In this document: one piece after another, positions 14,078-27,600 of the stretch | Numbering within the stretch: the first letter of the stretch is position 1 | Layout: each line of letters starts with the position of its first letter | Assembly (NCBI GenBank): GCA_009103225.1 | Contig: RHPI01002699.1 | Location: 100,578-164,577 of the forward strand | Reading direction: 5' to 3' | DNA length: 64,000 nucleotides | Origin: Chlorokybus atmophyticus | Lineage: Eukaryota; Plantae; Mesostigma and Chlorokybus algae | The notes under the pieces: model-generated | The model's database searches: none | What the model was told of the DNA's origin: nothing | Seen by the model: the letters and a program-made list of their open reading frames with translations, nothing else | Program-made: the position numbers and the translations under genes

Positions 14078-14630
14078 GGTTGATGATGTCGCTTCAGGTT
14101 GATTGGCCTAAGATTCAGTAAGTACAGCTTAGCTCTTCAACATTGTAGCATCTTCTGTGCACAGCTTCACTGCTTAGTGTTTGGCTATGCTTAGACGTGT
14201 TGACGTGGTTGCGTACTTCTGAAGCAACCTCCTTGAACAGCAAGCCACCAACTTGAACAGCAATGTAAGCCTGTTGCCACCCAACTGCTACTGCTCAAGC
14301 AGCACACACATACTGCTTCAATTAACAGTATCAAAGTCAATTAGCAGTTAGGCACACACAGACAAGCAGCAAACAGACACCAGCATGCTCAAGCTGACCA
14401 ACAGCACTGTTGGTTTGCTTACTTTTCCTTAAAAGTAAATAAAGAACTACCACACCTCAGCAAGCGCACAGGTTCGGGTTCAGGTTGACAAGCCGAAAAG
14501 CCTCCTTGATGCAAAGCAAACCAGCTGTCCAGCAAGCAAAGCAAAGCCAAGCAGACCCAAGTGAAGCAGAGCACTGCTTTACTGCCAGCTGCCTTCAGCT
14601 CGATATCGCCGCAAGGCAAGCAGGGAGCCG

Positions 14631-14650
14631 TTTTCCCGCCCTTATTTGAA
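14631..14650 (+). promoter_or_regulatory. E2F site plus CHR-like element (TTTTCCCGCC-CTTA-TTTGAA) in the MND1/ADK divergent promoter
   Basis: Matches TTTSSCGC and TTTGAA separated by 4 nt, between two divergent start codons. A telo-box AAACCCTAA lies at 14713-14721. Confidence 0.5.
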
Positions 14651-14789
14651 AATGCCGATATCTGGCTGACAAAGCTACTTCTATCGCAAATTTTGTTGAT
14701 ATCTACATGAAGAAACCCTAATCAGGGCTGTTGAGCGAGCATTGACGGCGTCCGTGGCGGCAACTGGGAGGGGTGGCGGCAGGGGCGCC

Positions 14790-16691
14790 ATGGCGGCGAA
14801 GCAGGCAGCTCAGGACCTCAGCGATTTGGCCACCGAGACGCTACTCTCCGAGCTCAAGCGCCGGCTTGACTGCCTGCTCAAGCCGGAGAAGCGCCTGGTG
14901 CTCGTTGGTGAGAGACTTTCTCTGCGTCTGGCCTGCTCTGCTCTGCACATATTGAGCTTGAGCTATTGCATTCTAATCACACTACTCTAGTCTTATCTGT
15001 AAGCGCACCGGTCACATTGCATGCAACACTTATGCGTGTGAACGGGCCTGACAGCTTGATTGATTTGCAACAGTGCACTGCCGTATTGCTTGATGTTGCA
15101 TTGTGAGCCGTAGGCAAAGTCTTTTGCTCAATGCGGCTTGAGAAACCAACGTCCGTAAAAATCTGGTTTCCCAAGCGGCAGTTACAAAAAGACTGAAAAA
15201 CGGTACACGTTTGAACGCCGGTTTACACGTTGCTTGGTAGGTCCACCCGGGTGCGGAAAGGGTACGCAATCGCCAATTCTCAAAAATGAGCACTGCTTGT
15301 GTCATTTAGCCACAGGCGATATGTTGCGAGCAGCTGTTGCAGCAAAGACCCCTCTTGGCATTAAAGTAAGTAGTTTATTGGTTGTCTCTCGATGTTGCTG
15401 CTGTGGTTACTATGCAATTCGTTAACATTTGTACTCTTAGTGCGGATCATGCACACAGAGCTACATTGCCCATGCGCACACGCACACACACATACGCAAT
15501 TATAGGCCAAGGAGACCATGGAGAGGGGCGACCTTGTGAGCGACGACTTGGTTGTTGGCATCATCGATGAGGCCGTGCAGAAACCTGAGTGCGCGCGCGG
15601 TTTTATCCTGGATGGCTTCCCGCGTACAGTCACACAAGCTGAAAAGGTGCGTGGGTTGATTTGTCTCCACATTACCCTGCATCTGCTCTTGGTTTGCCGC
15701 AGCGCAGCATGCTTCAGTCCTTCCACCTCGTCATCTGTATGTGAAAAAGATGAGTTAGTGCTGTGTGAGTGGGGGAGCACAACAGTGCAAGAGCGCGTGA
15801 ATGTGATTACTTTGACTATTTCTATAATTGCGTGAAAAAGTGAGAGTGACAGTCGCTGCTCTCTCGCTCGTTCTCGCGTTCACTTATCACAAGTAAAGTT
15901 TTGCATTCATTTATGCAGGCTCACACGTGATTGACCCACTCGTACTCTCTTACTCGCCCACAAACTCCATTGCTTGCTCATTTGCTCATGCATCGGTTTG
16001 ACTTTACAGCTTGATAGCATGTTGCAAAAGAAGGGAGTGCACATCGACAAGGTGCTCAACTTCGAAGTGCCGGAGCCAGTCTTGGTGGAGCGCGTGACGG
16101 GCAGGTTGATCCATCCTGCATCAGGAAGGTCATACCATACCAAGTTTGCACCCCCCCGAGTGGCCGGCAAGGATGATGTGAGAGCTGTATTCTCCGATAA
16201 TGTGTCAACAGTTGTTGTAGTTGTCGTCATAACGTGTGTTGGATGTGTGAATATACAGGTGACGGGTGAGCCATTGATTCAGCGCAAGGATGACAATGAG
16301 GAGACCCTCAAAAAGCGCTTGGAGGCTTTCAGCAAACAGACTTCCCCTGTAAGCAGCACACGAAAAATCGCAATCACAACACACATGCGCACTACTACAT
16401 AGCTTTGCCACCAACATTCATCAATACTTTGCAATATCGGCCTTTATTGCAATTATGCGATGCGGGCCCTGATTGCAGATCATAATTGATGCTCTGCAGG
16501 TTTTAGACTATTATAGGCAAAAGGGCGTTGTGGCCAACTTGGCCGCTGACAGGCCACAGACCGATGTCGCTTCCCAGGCAAGTTGTTGCTGCAGTGTTGT
16601 TTGCTGCAACTGTGCGTTTATTGTGCTGTCTCTCTCCTGATTGAACCGTTCGTTGTGACAGATTCGGAAAGCGTTGGGTGAGTCATCGTGA
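14790..16691 (+). CDS. ADK: Adenylate kinase (AK2/ADK3-4 type with LID domain), 7 coding exons
   Basis: Exons encode [116 protein letters not shown] and IRKALGESS*. Confidence 0.97.
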
Positions 16692-17103
16692 GGTTCAACT
16701 TGCTTGCCTTCCGAGCGAAGGCTTACCATACAGACCATAACGGTTGACTTTTTGCTTGCTTGCTATCAACTGCCGTTGATGATGTGTTGCAACCGGAATC
16801 AATGTTGATGGTCAAGATGTATACTGTCACCACTGATACTGGTTGCATGTTGGCTGTCTGCGGTTGAATCACAGCTCCCTGTCAGAGCATGCCAGGCTTG
16901 CATGCTTGCGTAGAGATGTTAGAGGGAGAGTCAGTGTCGTTCTGCATGTGGTTGTGCGTGCAGCCGGTTGCATGCAAGATGATGTCTGTATCACTTCTCT
17001 GTTGCTAACAGCATGTAACAGCAGCGAGCTATGCCACACACAGAACATTATGTAAGTCGATGTCTTACCTCGGGGCGCGCTACACACACCCATGTACACA
17101 TGT

Positions 17104-18649
17104 TTATATATACCACAAGGAGAGGAGCAGAGCAGCCACATGTCTAGAGACAGCAATGGTTGCAATGAACGTAGCAGCAAGCAGCATAACACACAACAAC
17201 AGGTCCGCCCCGGCCCCTAGATATAGAGGTTGCTTACCGCGTGTGTGCTTTGCGTGTGTGTGCTTTGCGCTTTCGAGTTGAGTGTACAAAAGATGCGACT
17301 GGGATAGTGCACATGCATCATCCATGTGTGATCTGTTGGGTTATGGGCTGTGTATAGGATATGTGAAGTGCTGTGTGATCAGCCTGGTTCATACCAGTTA
17401 AAGCAGCCACATTGTTCTAGTGTACTTTGTGCGTATGCAAATGTGTCAACCACAACACACAGATAAGTTGGAGTGCAGAGCAGACAGATAGATTGTTGAT
17501 CGAGTCGAGGCCAGTTCTGTTATCTGTTCAGTCATCAGTACCAAAATCTGGCAGCCTTGCTACTACATGCGAAACAATCATGCGCATTCAACCTAACCAG
17601 CAATCTGTGGCAACGCAGCCACCAAACTATGCTACAGAATGAGTGTACCTAGTTATACATGTTCCATCAGTATGTACATTACCAGCAATAGCTGCACAAC
17701 CATCTACCCAAACCAAAACCGCATGTGCAACCTATGTAATACATACCCTTCACTTCATGTCATCTGTCCTCCCCGACTTCATAAGAAGATGCAAGAAACC
17801 ACCTCGCAAGCCAGAACCGCTCAGAGCGTGATCGAACTCGTCTCTCTCTCTTCTGTTTATTCGCCAGCGACAAGAGCGCAATAAACTGCAGCGAGCCCGA
17901 AAACGGCACCAAGGTCCAGAATATTAACCCTTCCATCGATCTCTGAGCCTTGATTGCCACCCTCTTTATGGAAGAGTGATTACACATGGGACTGGATGAA
18001 GTGGTAGTACAAGGCTCTGAGACAAGCTTGCTAGGGGAGACGGCATATGCGACAGGGAGAAGTATGAGCAGAAGGAATAGGAGGAATAGTGGCAGTAAAC
18101 TCAGCCATGAAGCCTCAAGTACTGGTAACAGCGTTGAGAAAAGCCACATCGCCACCGCATCAGTGAAAGCCAATGTTGTCACTTCTGCTTGATGGGCCTG
18201 TCTGATGGCACGCAAAATGCACACACAGGTCGTGTCAGTGTCAAACAGCAGTGGCCATGTTGGCATGAATGCAAGTGTACATTCAATGTAGTGTGATTGG
18301 ATTTATATTTGACAGCCTCGGATTCGTGATTGCGTGTCTCAACACAATTGCACTCCGCATTGTTTGTACACTGACGCATGTCTTGGGAACACATGTGCTT
18401 GACTGCTACAACAATTTGGTTTTTGATGAGTATGTGCAGCGCTGCTGATTGAGTTTGCTTTCCTGTGCGTGTGTGTGTGCAGCAGAAACCAACAACCACC
18501 CAATATGACGCATAGCTTGGAAAAAGTTGACGCAACAGGCATGCAGCAACCAATCTCCAGCAAAGACGAACCTGCAACCTGCAAATGCAACACATCGACT
18601 GCAAACAGCAGTATGCAATCAACTTACCCTCGCATGACTCTGCCCACAT
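17104..18649 (-). CDS. Hypothetical multi-pass membrane protein (boundaries uncertain)
   Basis: Phase-compatible putative exons with hydrophobic stretches: FVFAGDWLLHACCVNFF, DAVAMWLFSTLLPVLEASWLSLLPLFLLFLLLILLPVAYAV, LIFWTLVPFSGSLQFIALLSL and ADLLLCVMLLAATFIATIAVSRHVAALLLSLW. It is divergent from MTN. Family not recognised. Confidence 0.35.
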
Positions 18650-18964
18650 CAATCCCTCTCGCCGCCGCCGCTGCCGCCGCCGCCGCTTATGAGCGCAATG
18701 CACAGTCAGCCAAGCGTCCTATTGAGGTGCAACATGATCTAAATGACGCAGCATGTTCCGTCATTCTCGTTGTCTCCTCGCTGCCCGGTTGCGTCTTTCT
18801 ATGCTACCGCACAGTGCGCGTCAATCACCTCGGGCTGGCCACAAGTAAACGCCTTGTTCACAATGTCCAACGCTTGGTTATAGTGATAACCCATTCCAGT
18901 TGGAAGGGTACCAGATGTGCTTCTGTTAGTTCTCTTCCTTGGCGGCGGCGGTGGCGGCGGCGGC

Positions 18965-20898
18965 ATGAGCAACATGGCTCGGGATATGCGCATACAGACC
19001 GTTGTTGTCATTATTGGTATGTCTTGTCTGATCCTGGCATTACGCATGATTGCTATATCACAGGGCAAGTGACAGCATTGCCTCCTGCATGAGTTGGCTT
19101 CTAAGCATGAAGGCACGAGAGTAAGAGTGAGCACGACTTGTACAGCATGTACAAACTGCATGCTTGGTGGTTGGATTATACAACAGATTTTGTTTTCACT
19201 TTCTGTATGATATATCTTTGCTTGTTTTTGTCAGCGATGGATCAGGAGGCCGCGCCGATTATAAAGCATTTGGGCCTTAGACGCACGATTCCTGACCCGT
19301 AAGCACTTTCACAAAGTGCTTTATGGCGACTGTGATCTTGCCCTTGCTTGCTCGAGTAAATGGCATACATGGAGCATGCATGGATACCTCAACTGTGCTG
19401 TGGTCTTTACTTATGTGTGTATTTTATACACACACCCGCACGTGCTCATACCCACGCAATGTGCTGTCCGACTCTATATTCTATAGAGTCGGACAGCACA
19501 TTGCACACCTTTGGCATAGTTTTTAAACTATGCCAAAGGTATGCAATGAGTATCTTGAATAGATTATTAGCCTGCCAGGTTTGGTGACACCGTGCCGGCG
19601 GATTGCTATTCGGGCGGTTACAACGGTGCTCTCGTACACATCATTGTGCACGGTCTCGACAAAAAACACGGTAAGCGCGCACACGCACATGCGCACATGT
19701 ACACATACTCACACACATGCACATACACTTACACATGCGCGCATGCACGCACATGATGTTGCTTTGATTGTTGTTACTTTCAAGCTTCATTGATTCATTC
19801 ATTCGTTCATTCTTATGTGTAACTGGCAGGCGTGAGTGCGGTTGGCACTGTGCCTGCAGCAGTATTTGCTCACATTGCCATCGACAAGTTCAAGCCGGAA
19901 TTGCTCATAAACGCTGGCACCGCGGGTGGATTCAAGGTGTGCTTTACGCTGTTGAAGTCATTCTTGTTGTCAATTGGTTCCATGTATCATCACATGTGTA
20001 TTTGTCAGGCCAAGGGTGCAGCGATTGGGGACGTGTACATAAGCACCGCTCTGGCGTATCATGACAGGAGAATACCTTTGCCGGTACCTTGAGTAATTCT
20101 TGTCTGTTGCATGTATCAACAAAGCAAGCGCCACCAATCAATCCGTTGCTGATTTCCTTCTGCAGGGGTTTGAGGAGTATGGTGTCTGCTTGACCAAGTC
20201 CCCTGAAATGCCACACTTGAGAGCAGCCCTACCCTACAAGGTGACTACTTGTGTGTACACAGTATACCACACAATGTGTGACACAATATGTCCTACCTTG
20301 GCTCTAGGTCACCACATTACCCCGTGATGCATGTGTGATGCACGTATCGATACAACATGGCATTGCAGAGTGGCGTTGTTTCTTCCGGCAACTCATTCGA
20401 CTGCCCGCCACAAGACATGGAGATGATACAGAAGAACGATGCATCTGTTAAAGACATGGAGGTAAGAGTAGTATGCACACGCATGTGACACTTGCATACT
20501 CTGTTGACAACTGCTGCTGTTGCACATATGCACACACGCGCATTTGACGCACATACACGCGCAAATCTCTCCCTGTGCGTGCGTCGGTGTGATTGCACAC
20601 AAAGGCACACAGGCACACACGCGCTCTGTGCGTGCACATGCTCACATACCGAGAGAGAGACAAGCGCGCATACACGCACCCACAGTCTCACTTTCTTTAG
20701 GGCAACGCGGTGGCGTGGGTTGCTGACATGGCCAGCGTCCCCTTCTTCGCCCTCAAGGCCGTGACGGACATCGTGGACGGCGGGAAGCCCACCGCGGAGG
20801 AGTTTATGGAAAACTTGGGCGCAGCGGCAGCGGCCATACAGAAAGCCGTGCCAGAAGTGCTGGACTATGTCATTGGAAAGAAGTTCAGTGAATTGTAG
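18965..20898 (+). CDS. MTN: 5'-methylthioadenosine/S-adenosylhomocysteine nucleosidase (plant type)
   Basis: Spliced product contains IQTVVVIIAMDQEAAPII, VSAVGTVPAA, KPELLINAGTAGGFKAKGAAIGDVY, AYHDRRIPLP, GVVSSGNSFD, SVKDMEG and FFALKAVTDIVDGGKPTAEEFMENL; stop at 20898. Confidence 0.95.
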
Positions 20899-21630
20899 CA
20901 AGTGCAGGATCAATTCCTGATTGATGTTGTTCTTATTCTTTCGCCGATGTTACTCGTGTTTTTCTAGCCAAAGTTGGCGCCGACATGCAGGTTCGACTTC
21001 TTCTTCTGCATACAGCACACAACAACAGTTTTGTGCATCCGGTGACATGGCAGATGACGTGCACAGTTGGGTGCACAGTTGCTCTTAGACTGCTGATCCA
21101 TGTCATACCAATGAGGCTTCGATGGTATAAGACATATTATGCTAGATTAGTGTACTTCCTGGGTTGCCCTCCAAAAGGAGAGGAGAGTAAATCAATAGTG
21201 GCTTATGTTGACTTCGACGTTTCAATGTCTGATGATCGTGTACAGTACTTGACAGACTGTGTCACACAACATCTTAGAGAATTTGCGTCCATCAGGCATT
21301 GTGCGGCAGCTACAACGAGCGTTGAGCAAACCAACTTGATATTAGCCTGTAAGTACGCAAGCATGATGCCACCTTGCCATGTGGGAATATGCTCACACGT
21401 TGAGTGGCAAATTGGGCATTGCACAGTTGCAGCAGACTCGCCATGATCTCAACATATAGCTAACAATCACAATACCAATCGTGCTGTGCTATGTAGCCTG
21501 GCTTACTCGCTTTTACTCACTCTTCATATAAGACCCTTGCAGCCTCACCAATGTGTTCATCATCGTCTCCTTCTCACCCTGACAGTTTCCTGCAAGTGCA
21601 AGGCGTTGATGTTGTTGTCGTGTGTTTGGT

Positions 21631-24600
21631 CTACACTCGCTTTGCCTCTCGTGCCTTTGGTGCATGTGATTGTGCACAGATGTGCAAATCCTGTGTGTTC
21701 TGCTACACATACTACCAACCCAACAAGACTCGTCCCGCACAACAACATACAAGGGACACAACAGAACAACTTACCAAGGGCTCATCATCGTCTTGCTCTT
21801 CCTCGACTTCAGCAGTTCTGTTCTTCTGCTCAGCAGCTCTGTTCTCCTCCTTCGCAGTCTTCAGATTCTCTCTGGACTCTGTGTTTGGAGACGCAGCGTT
21901 CTTCTTGCGCTTTCCCGACATGGACTTTGCCTCCTATCCAACAAACACACAGTCAACACGCAGCAGAGTCAAGCCTGCTTTTATGCAAGAGAATGAAGCA
22001 TGCTCTTGAAATGCTGTGTATTGTATGCAATTGCCTTTACGACACGTGTACCTGTGCTTGCGCACTTGTGTCGGCGGGCTCTGGGAGCGGTGACCCATCA
22101 TCCTGGGATGCTTGTTTGGCCCTTGCTCGCGTTGTCCTGTGTGTGACAGCAGGCATCAGTGCATGTGAAGAGCAACAGAACACTGGTCCATGGTATACAC
22201 CAATGGGATGCACTCACACACCACTACGCATCAACGTGCATGCACACGGGTGCGCAGATGTGCGTGTGCATGTGTGCGTGTATACGCAAGCATGCACGTG
22301 CATGCATGTGTGTTCGTGTATGCGCATGTGTGCGCGTGACCAAAAAGACCTTGATGTTGTAGCAACTGGAGACGCTTGCTGCTGCTTTTTCTTTCGTCTT
22401 GATGGTGAAGCAGCCGCTGCAGCCGCTGGAGAGTGTTCATCCCGTTCAACTGCGAACATCAAAGTCAATCACTTGTATGCAATCCCTATGGAATCCAGTT
22501 AAGACAGACGGTGGAGAGGTGCCGTTGCTACCCAGACTCGTACACGTACATACCGTGTGCTTCACCTCCCACCAATGTGTCCACATCCGCAGAGTCCACC
22601 AACATACTCGTAGTATGGTCTGCCGGTTGCTCCTGTGTTGTCTCGTCAACAGGGCTGCCGGCACCTCCACGTTCAGCGCAAGGCGTGTCCACATCCTTAT
22701 CATCCTCGTCATTCTCACGCATTGGAGCTGCTTCTTCAGCCTCTGTCTCGACAAGCGCCAATTGTACGGCGGGCTCGCTTTCGGACTCGTCGTTGTCCGA
22801 TGGTGCTGCTGTGATAGCTTGGATAGCTTTGCCCTTTGCAGCGCGGCTCAACAACCTGCACATGGACACCGTCAACATGCCATATTGTGTTGTCTCATAA
22901 ACAACGTGCTCAATTAACGGGCCAAAAGCCACAATGCAGCATTCTTACTGGCGAGTTGGTTGCGGTGGAGGGGTTTTGTGTGGTTTTGCCGCTTTCACCT
23001 GCGGTCACTTCAACTATGTTACGCACACCATACACAAGCACGAGCAAGACCCAATCACACGTGCGGCACATGGCATGTTGGGGCTTACTTTGGCTACTTT
23101 GGCTGTCTTCTTGCGCTTGCCCTTGACTTTAGAATCATCTGGAGACTCGGGAGATCTGTTTTCGTTTTCCAATGCAAACGGGTCCACATTTTCTGCATCA
23201 GCACTTCTTAGCTTCTTTGGAGCTTCTGCCTGCTTCACGCACAACACAGTTCACACAGACGAATGCATGCATACAAAGCAGCATAGCAAGCTGTACACAC
23301 AGGCAATGCCTTGGCGTTATCATTCTTCAGGTGTACCTTCGGCAGGCGAGGGGAAATTGTAGCAACGCGCTTTGACGGTCCGCGATCGGATATCCTGAAC
23401 CCAGCTGGCAGGTGGCTGCCATCAACCTGTTGACAACATGGTTAGGCAGGCTCAGTGTTGTAAATGCCACAGCAACCGCGCGTTGTACATGTGTACACGC
23501 TGTGTTTGCAGCGTGTCCACACCTGTGCACAAGCTCGTAGCAATGCCTTGCAATCTGTACCTTGTTTGCTGTGAGCTTGTACACTAGTACATGTGCACAC
23601 ATTGCGTACATCGTGTACAGTTCTCCACATGCTACAGAAGTCCACCGCACTGGCGTTCTGTACCTTGTTTTGCTGTGAGCCCTCCTCTTCCGACAACTTC
23701 TCAAACCATCCTCTCGGCAACGGCACAGCCGCGGGAAGGGTTCCCAGACTCGGTGCGGCGCGTTTCCTCGTGAGCTCCTTGACGAGTTCCAGCGCGACGT
23801 CGCACAGGACACACATGTCGTGCGTCTTGGCGACGTCTACCGCGTCCTTCGTGTTCTTAATCGAACGCAGGATGGCCAACATGGCCGGCACGTTGTCGTT
23901 GTTGGACTCGTTGTCACGACGGGTGCTGGCGGAGGAGTCGGCGTCGGGGTGAAGAAGAGGCCTCACCGCCGCGCCAATCATCCTGCGCACGTGTGATTGG
24001 AAATGAGCAAGAATGTCACCTCATGCAGTGACAGAGAACATGCGTGAGAGGAGGGGGCATGTAGTTGCTGCACAATTGAGTGAGCGTGCATGGCTGTGCT
24101 TGTTGAACTGCGCGTGCATGTGCGAGCACACGCGTGTGCGCGCAAGGGAGTGCGTGTGTGCGTGCGTTTGAGCGCAAGGGAGCGTGTGTGTGTGTGCGTG
24201 CATGTGCGCGTGCATGGGCGTGTATGTGCGAATGCACCGACGCGCACAAGCATGTGCGCCATTGACCAGCAGGACAGTTGTATGTGCACAGTTTCACCAC
24301 AAGACACTTCAGCAAAGCACAGTACGGCAGGAGATGCTGTACTACATGATACCCAACAACACAGGACTGCTCCCTATACATGTAACCAACCTTTCAAAGG
24401 GTTCATAGGCTTTGCTATCAGCGCCCATGGCCGGAAAGTCAGGATGGTGCGCGCATGTGTGCACGAGATACGGCAGCACAAACTCGGGATGCGCGACCAG
24501 ATTCACACTCGGCAGCTCCGTTGATGAATTCGCGGCCTTCGACTCGGCCGCACACGCTGCTTTGCGGAACTGCTGCACAAACTGCTCCATGTACAATTTG

Positions 24601-27600
24601 GCCTGTGATGTTTGTATTGTGGGTTCAGAGAGCGTTGACAGGCACAACATCGCAACAACCCCTTTGCAGGCACGCACGTGCACACACGCACACACACGCC
24701 TACATCAGCCACGTTGTCGGGCTCAATATCCACAGCGGCTAGAGCGTACGCTACGGCGTATTTGATGGCGAGTTTATGGCCGGTGAGGCGATTTTTCACT
24801 TTGATGACACACTTTCGCCGCACCTCATAGCAGTGGTCCTGCAAAGTGATGTGTTTATTTGGGTAAGACGGCTAACCGCAATGCGGTTCCTTCTCTGATA
24901 AGCGACATAATCACAACAAACATAATCACACATAGTCCCACCTGGACGGTAAGCATCGTGAGGTGGAATACTTTGGGCGCGATAAGCGAATCATGCAACC
25001 GTGCGAGGTTCAGCACGGATGCCGCTGCAGCTAGGCGTATGTGCGCGGTGTCGATTTCACTGTCAACGAAGCAGTGATAAATGCACATCAACTCAGCCAC
25101 AAGTGCATACACGCACCTGCACGCACACACATTACACGTCATTGATACTCACTCTGATGGTCCTCCACCTGGAACCTCCCCATAAGGTAGAAGCTTGGCC
25201 AGCAGCCCTAAGAACCCTTTGGCGCTGGCCGCATTCTTGTCGCCAGCCACAATCTTGGTCAGCAGCCTGATGCCATACACCTACCAACACACATACAAAC
25301 GCACTCACGTGACCACCCTCTAAGCAATGGCAACACATCACAGAAGGCACGCAACGAACCTTCAAACTGCACGCTGCTGATGGGTTGGACCAATCCAAAA
25401 CATCCTTCTTCTTGTTCCTCCTCTGGCCCTGCAGATTCATTATTGCAACATGATATCTCACACACACACACACACGTGGCATGAGAGACCGTAAATGCAT
25501 GCGTACACTCTGCATGGGCAGCAGTTGCTTGACAACAAAGTCGGTGAGTTCCAACTCTTTCGACTTGATGACGCGCGGGCAATGCTGCGCGATGCATCCC
25601 AGTGTTTGCAATGCGGTTGGCAGAGTTGGATCATCGACGCAATCCGCGTCTTGCAGGCGCTCCATTATTTCCTGCAACAAGGCGTGTAACATGTGGCAAA
25701 TTGCAAACACATGTGTGTGGTAACGTGAGTTGAGGGAGGTTTAGGTGACGTACTTCTGCGAGTGTGCCGAACACGGCAGTGCTCTCATCTCTGCACATGC
25801 GCGCGAGTGCAGCCACAGCAAACTTGGCTTGCTTGCGCGTGCCCTTCATGCACAACGCTGTCAACTGTGGCACGTACTGCCTGCATGACAAAGATACATG
25901 CGTCTGTTGTTTCACAACACAACATGCCAGTTCACACAAACGCACGAACGCACGCACGCACACATGCCATACTGTGCCAGCACACGCCATACATTCAGGC
26001 ATACACACATGCATATATGCACGCGCACACAGTCACGCACATATCGCTGGGAGTTGCTGTTTTCACGTCACTTCCAGCTTGGGCTAACAGGCGCACGGCA
26101 CCCTCCGCGAGGTCAGAGTCTCCATCTTGAAGCAGTTCAAACATGTCTTCTGCGGAAGGCGCCAACAGCTCCGGATACACGGACGTTACCACCTGGCCAT
26201 TGTGTGTCGGACAGCTTGCAGCAGTACTTGCCAAGTTTCTCACAGGCACACATGCACACATACACCTCTATACACACATGCGGCTCTCACCATCAAAAGG
26301 TCAAGGCCAGCTTGGACGCCGTCCTTGTCTTGGTTTTTGGACAGGTTCCGGGTTGCCTTCAGCGCTTCCCGAACGTGGTCCCGTCCAAAGACGGTGTACG
26401 ACACATGTTGAGCGAGCCTCTTGACGTGCTCGTGAAGATGATGCTTGGCACCCAGCCGCTTTGCAACTTCTTCCTATCAAACAATGTTTACACACAGATA
26501 GAGACACACACGCACATGCGCACACACAGACATGCCCACACGCGCACGCGTGTGTAGTGTATGTGTACATATGTGTGCACACGCGCACACATGTACACAC
26601 ATACAGACGTACATACACCTACAAAATAACTCTCTCGCAACATCTGAACAACTTAATCGCTCACACCTGCTGTGAGCGTGCAGTGGCGAGGTCTTGCATT
26701 GGGTCAAGGAGTAATGCAAGCAGTTTGAACACGCCGTTGTCTTTGACTTGCTGCAGTTTGCCCAACTGCTCAGCAGCCTTTGCGTCGTTCGGGAACACCA
26801 ATGAAGCCATCGCACTGCCCATAGCGGTCATCTTGTCTACTAGCTCTTGGTTGGTTGTATCCTTCTGTTGTTACAACACAACATGAGCACAGCGTACGCT
26901 GAGTGCACACCAAACCAACAACTCTGGCACTCACCCTTAGTTGATCTCTCAGCTCCAAGTACTGACGCAGCGCATCCTGTGTCCTAATGCACAACACAAT
27001 ATTCATGTCAACAAGTGTGCAGCACATGCAGTATGCAAAACACATTCTCCGTAAACAACCACATGTATCATCCCAACAGATTGAGTTGCAAAGCTCACAC
27101 TCGCGAGGCAAACCAACGACTTGCGCACCGTTTCCGGATCTGCAGTATCACACCCAACGCCTTGCGATCAATCTCCTCAAACTCGCTGAACACGGCGATC
27201 CAATGCTGAACCCTATCTTCAACCGGGAGCTTTGGTGGAAACAGCTCTTCAGTAATAATCGTCTCCACAAGTTGCCTTGATTCAGGTGAGAAACTTGTAT
27301 CAGTTTTCTCAGTGGTAATGCGATGAAAAGTACTGTGTGTTTACCTCACGTCTGTGTCGTAGAAGCAACGCACGATTCTGCTCGGGATCCAAGTAAAGCG
27401 CTCGCTGAGGTTCATCGAACCCTCCAGCACGCGCACGCAGTAGCTTCTGAACACCAGGGCGAGCTTGCTGAGAACGTCTTTGCGGATACCAACCTGAATC
27501 ATGAGACAAACATTTGCAACTCATACAAGCAGAGAGGCAAAGACACATGTGTATGAGTGTGTGTGTGTGTGTGTGTGTGTGCGTGCACATGCATGCATTC

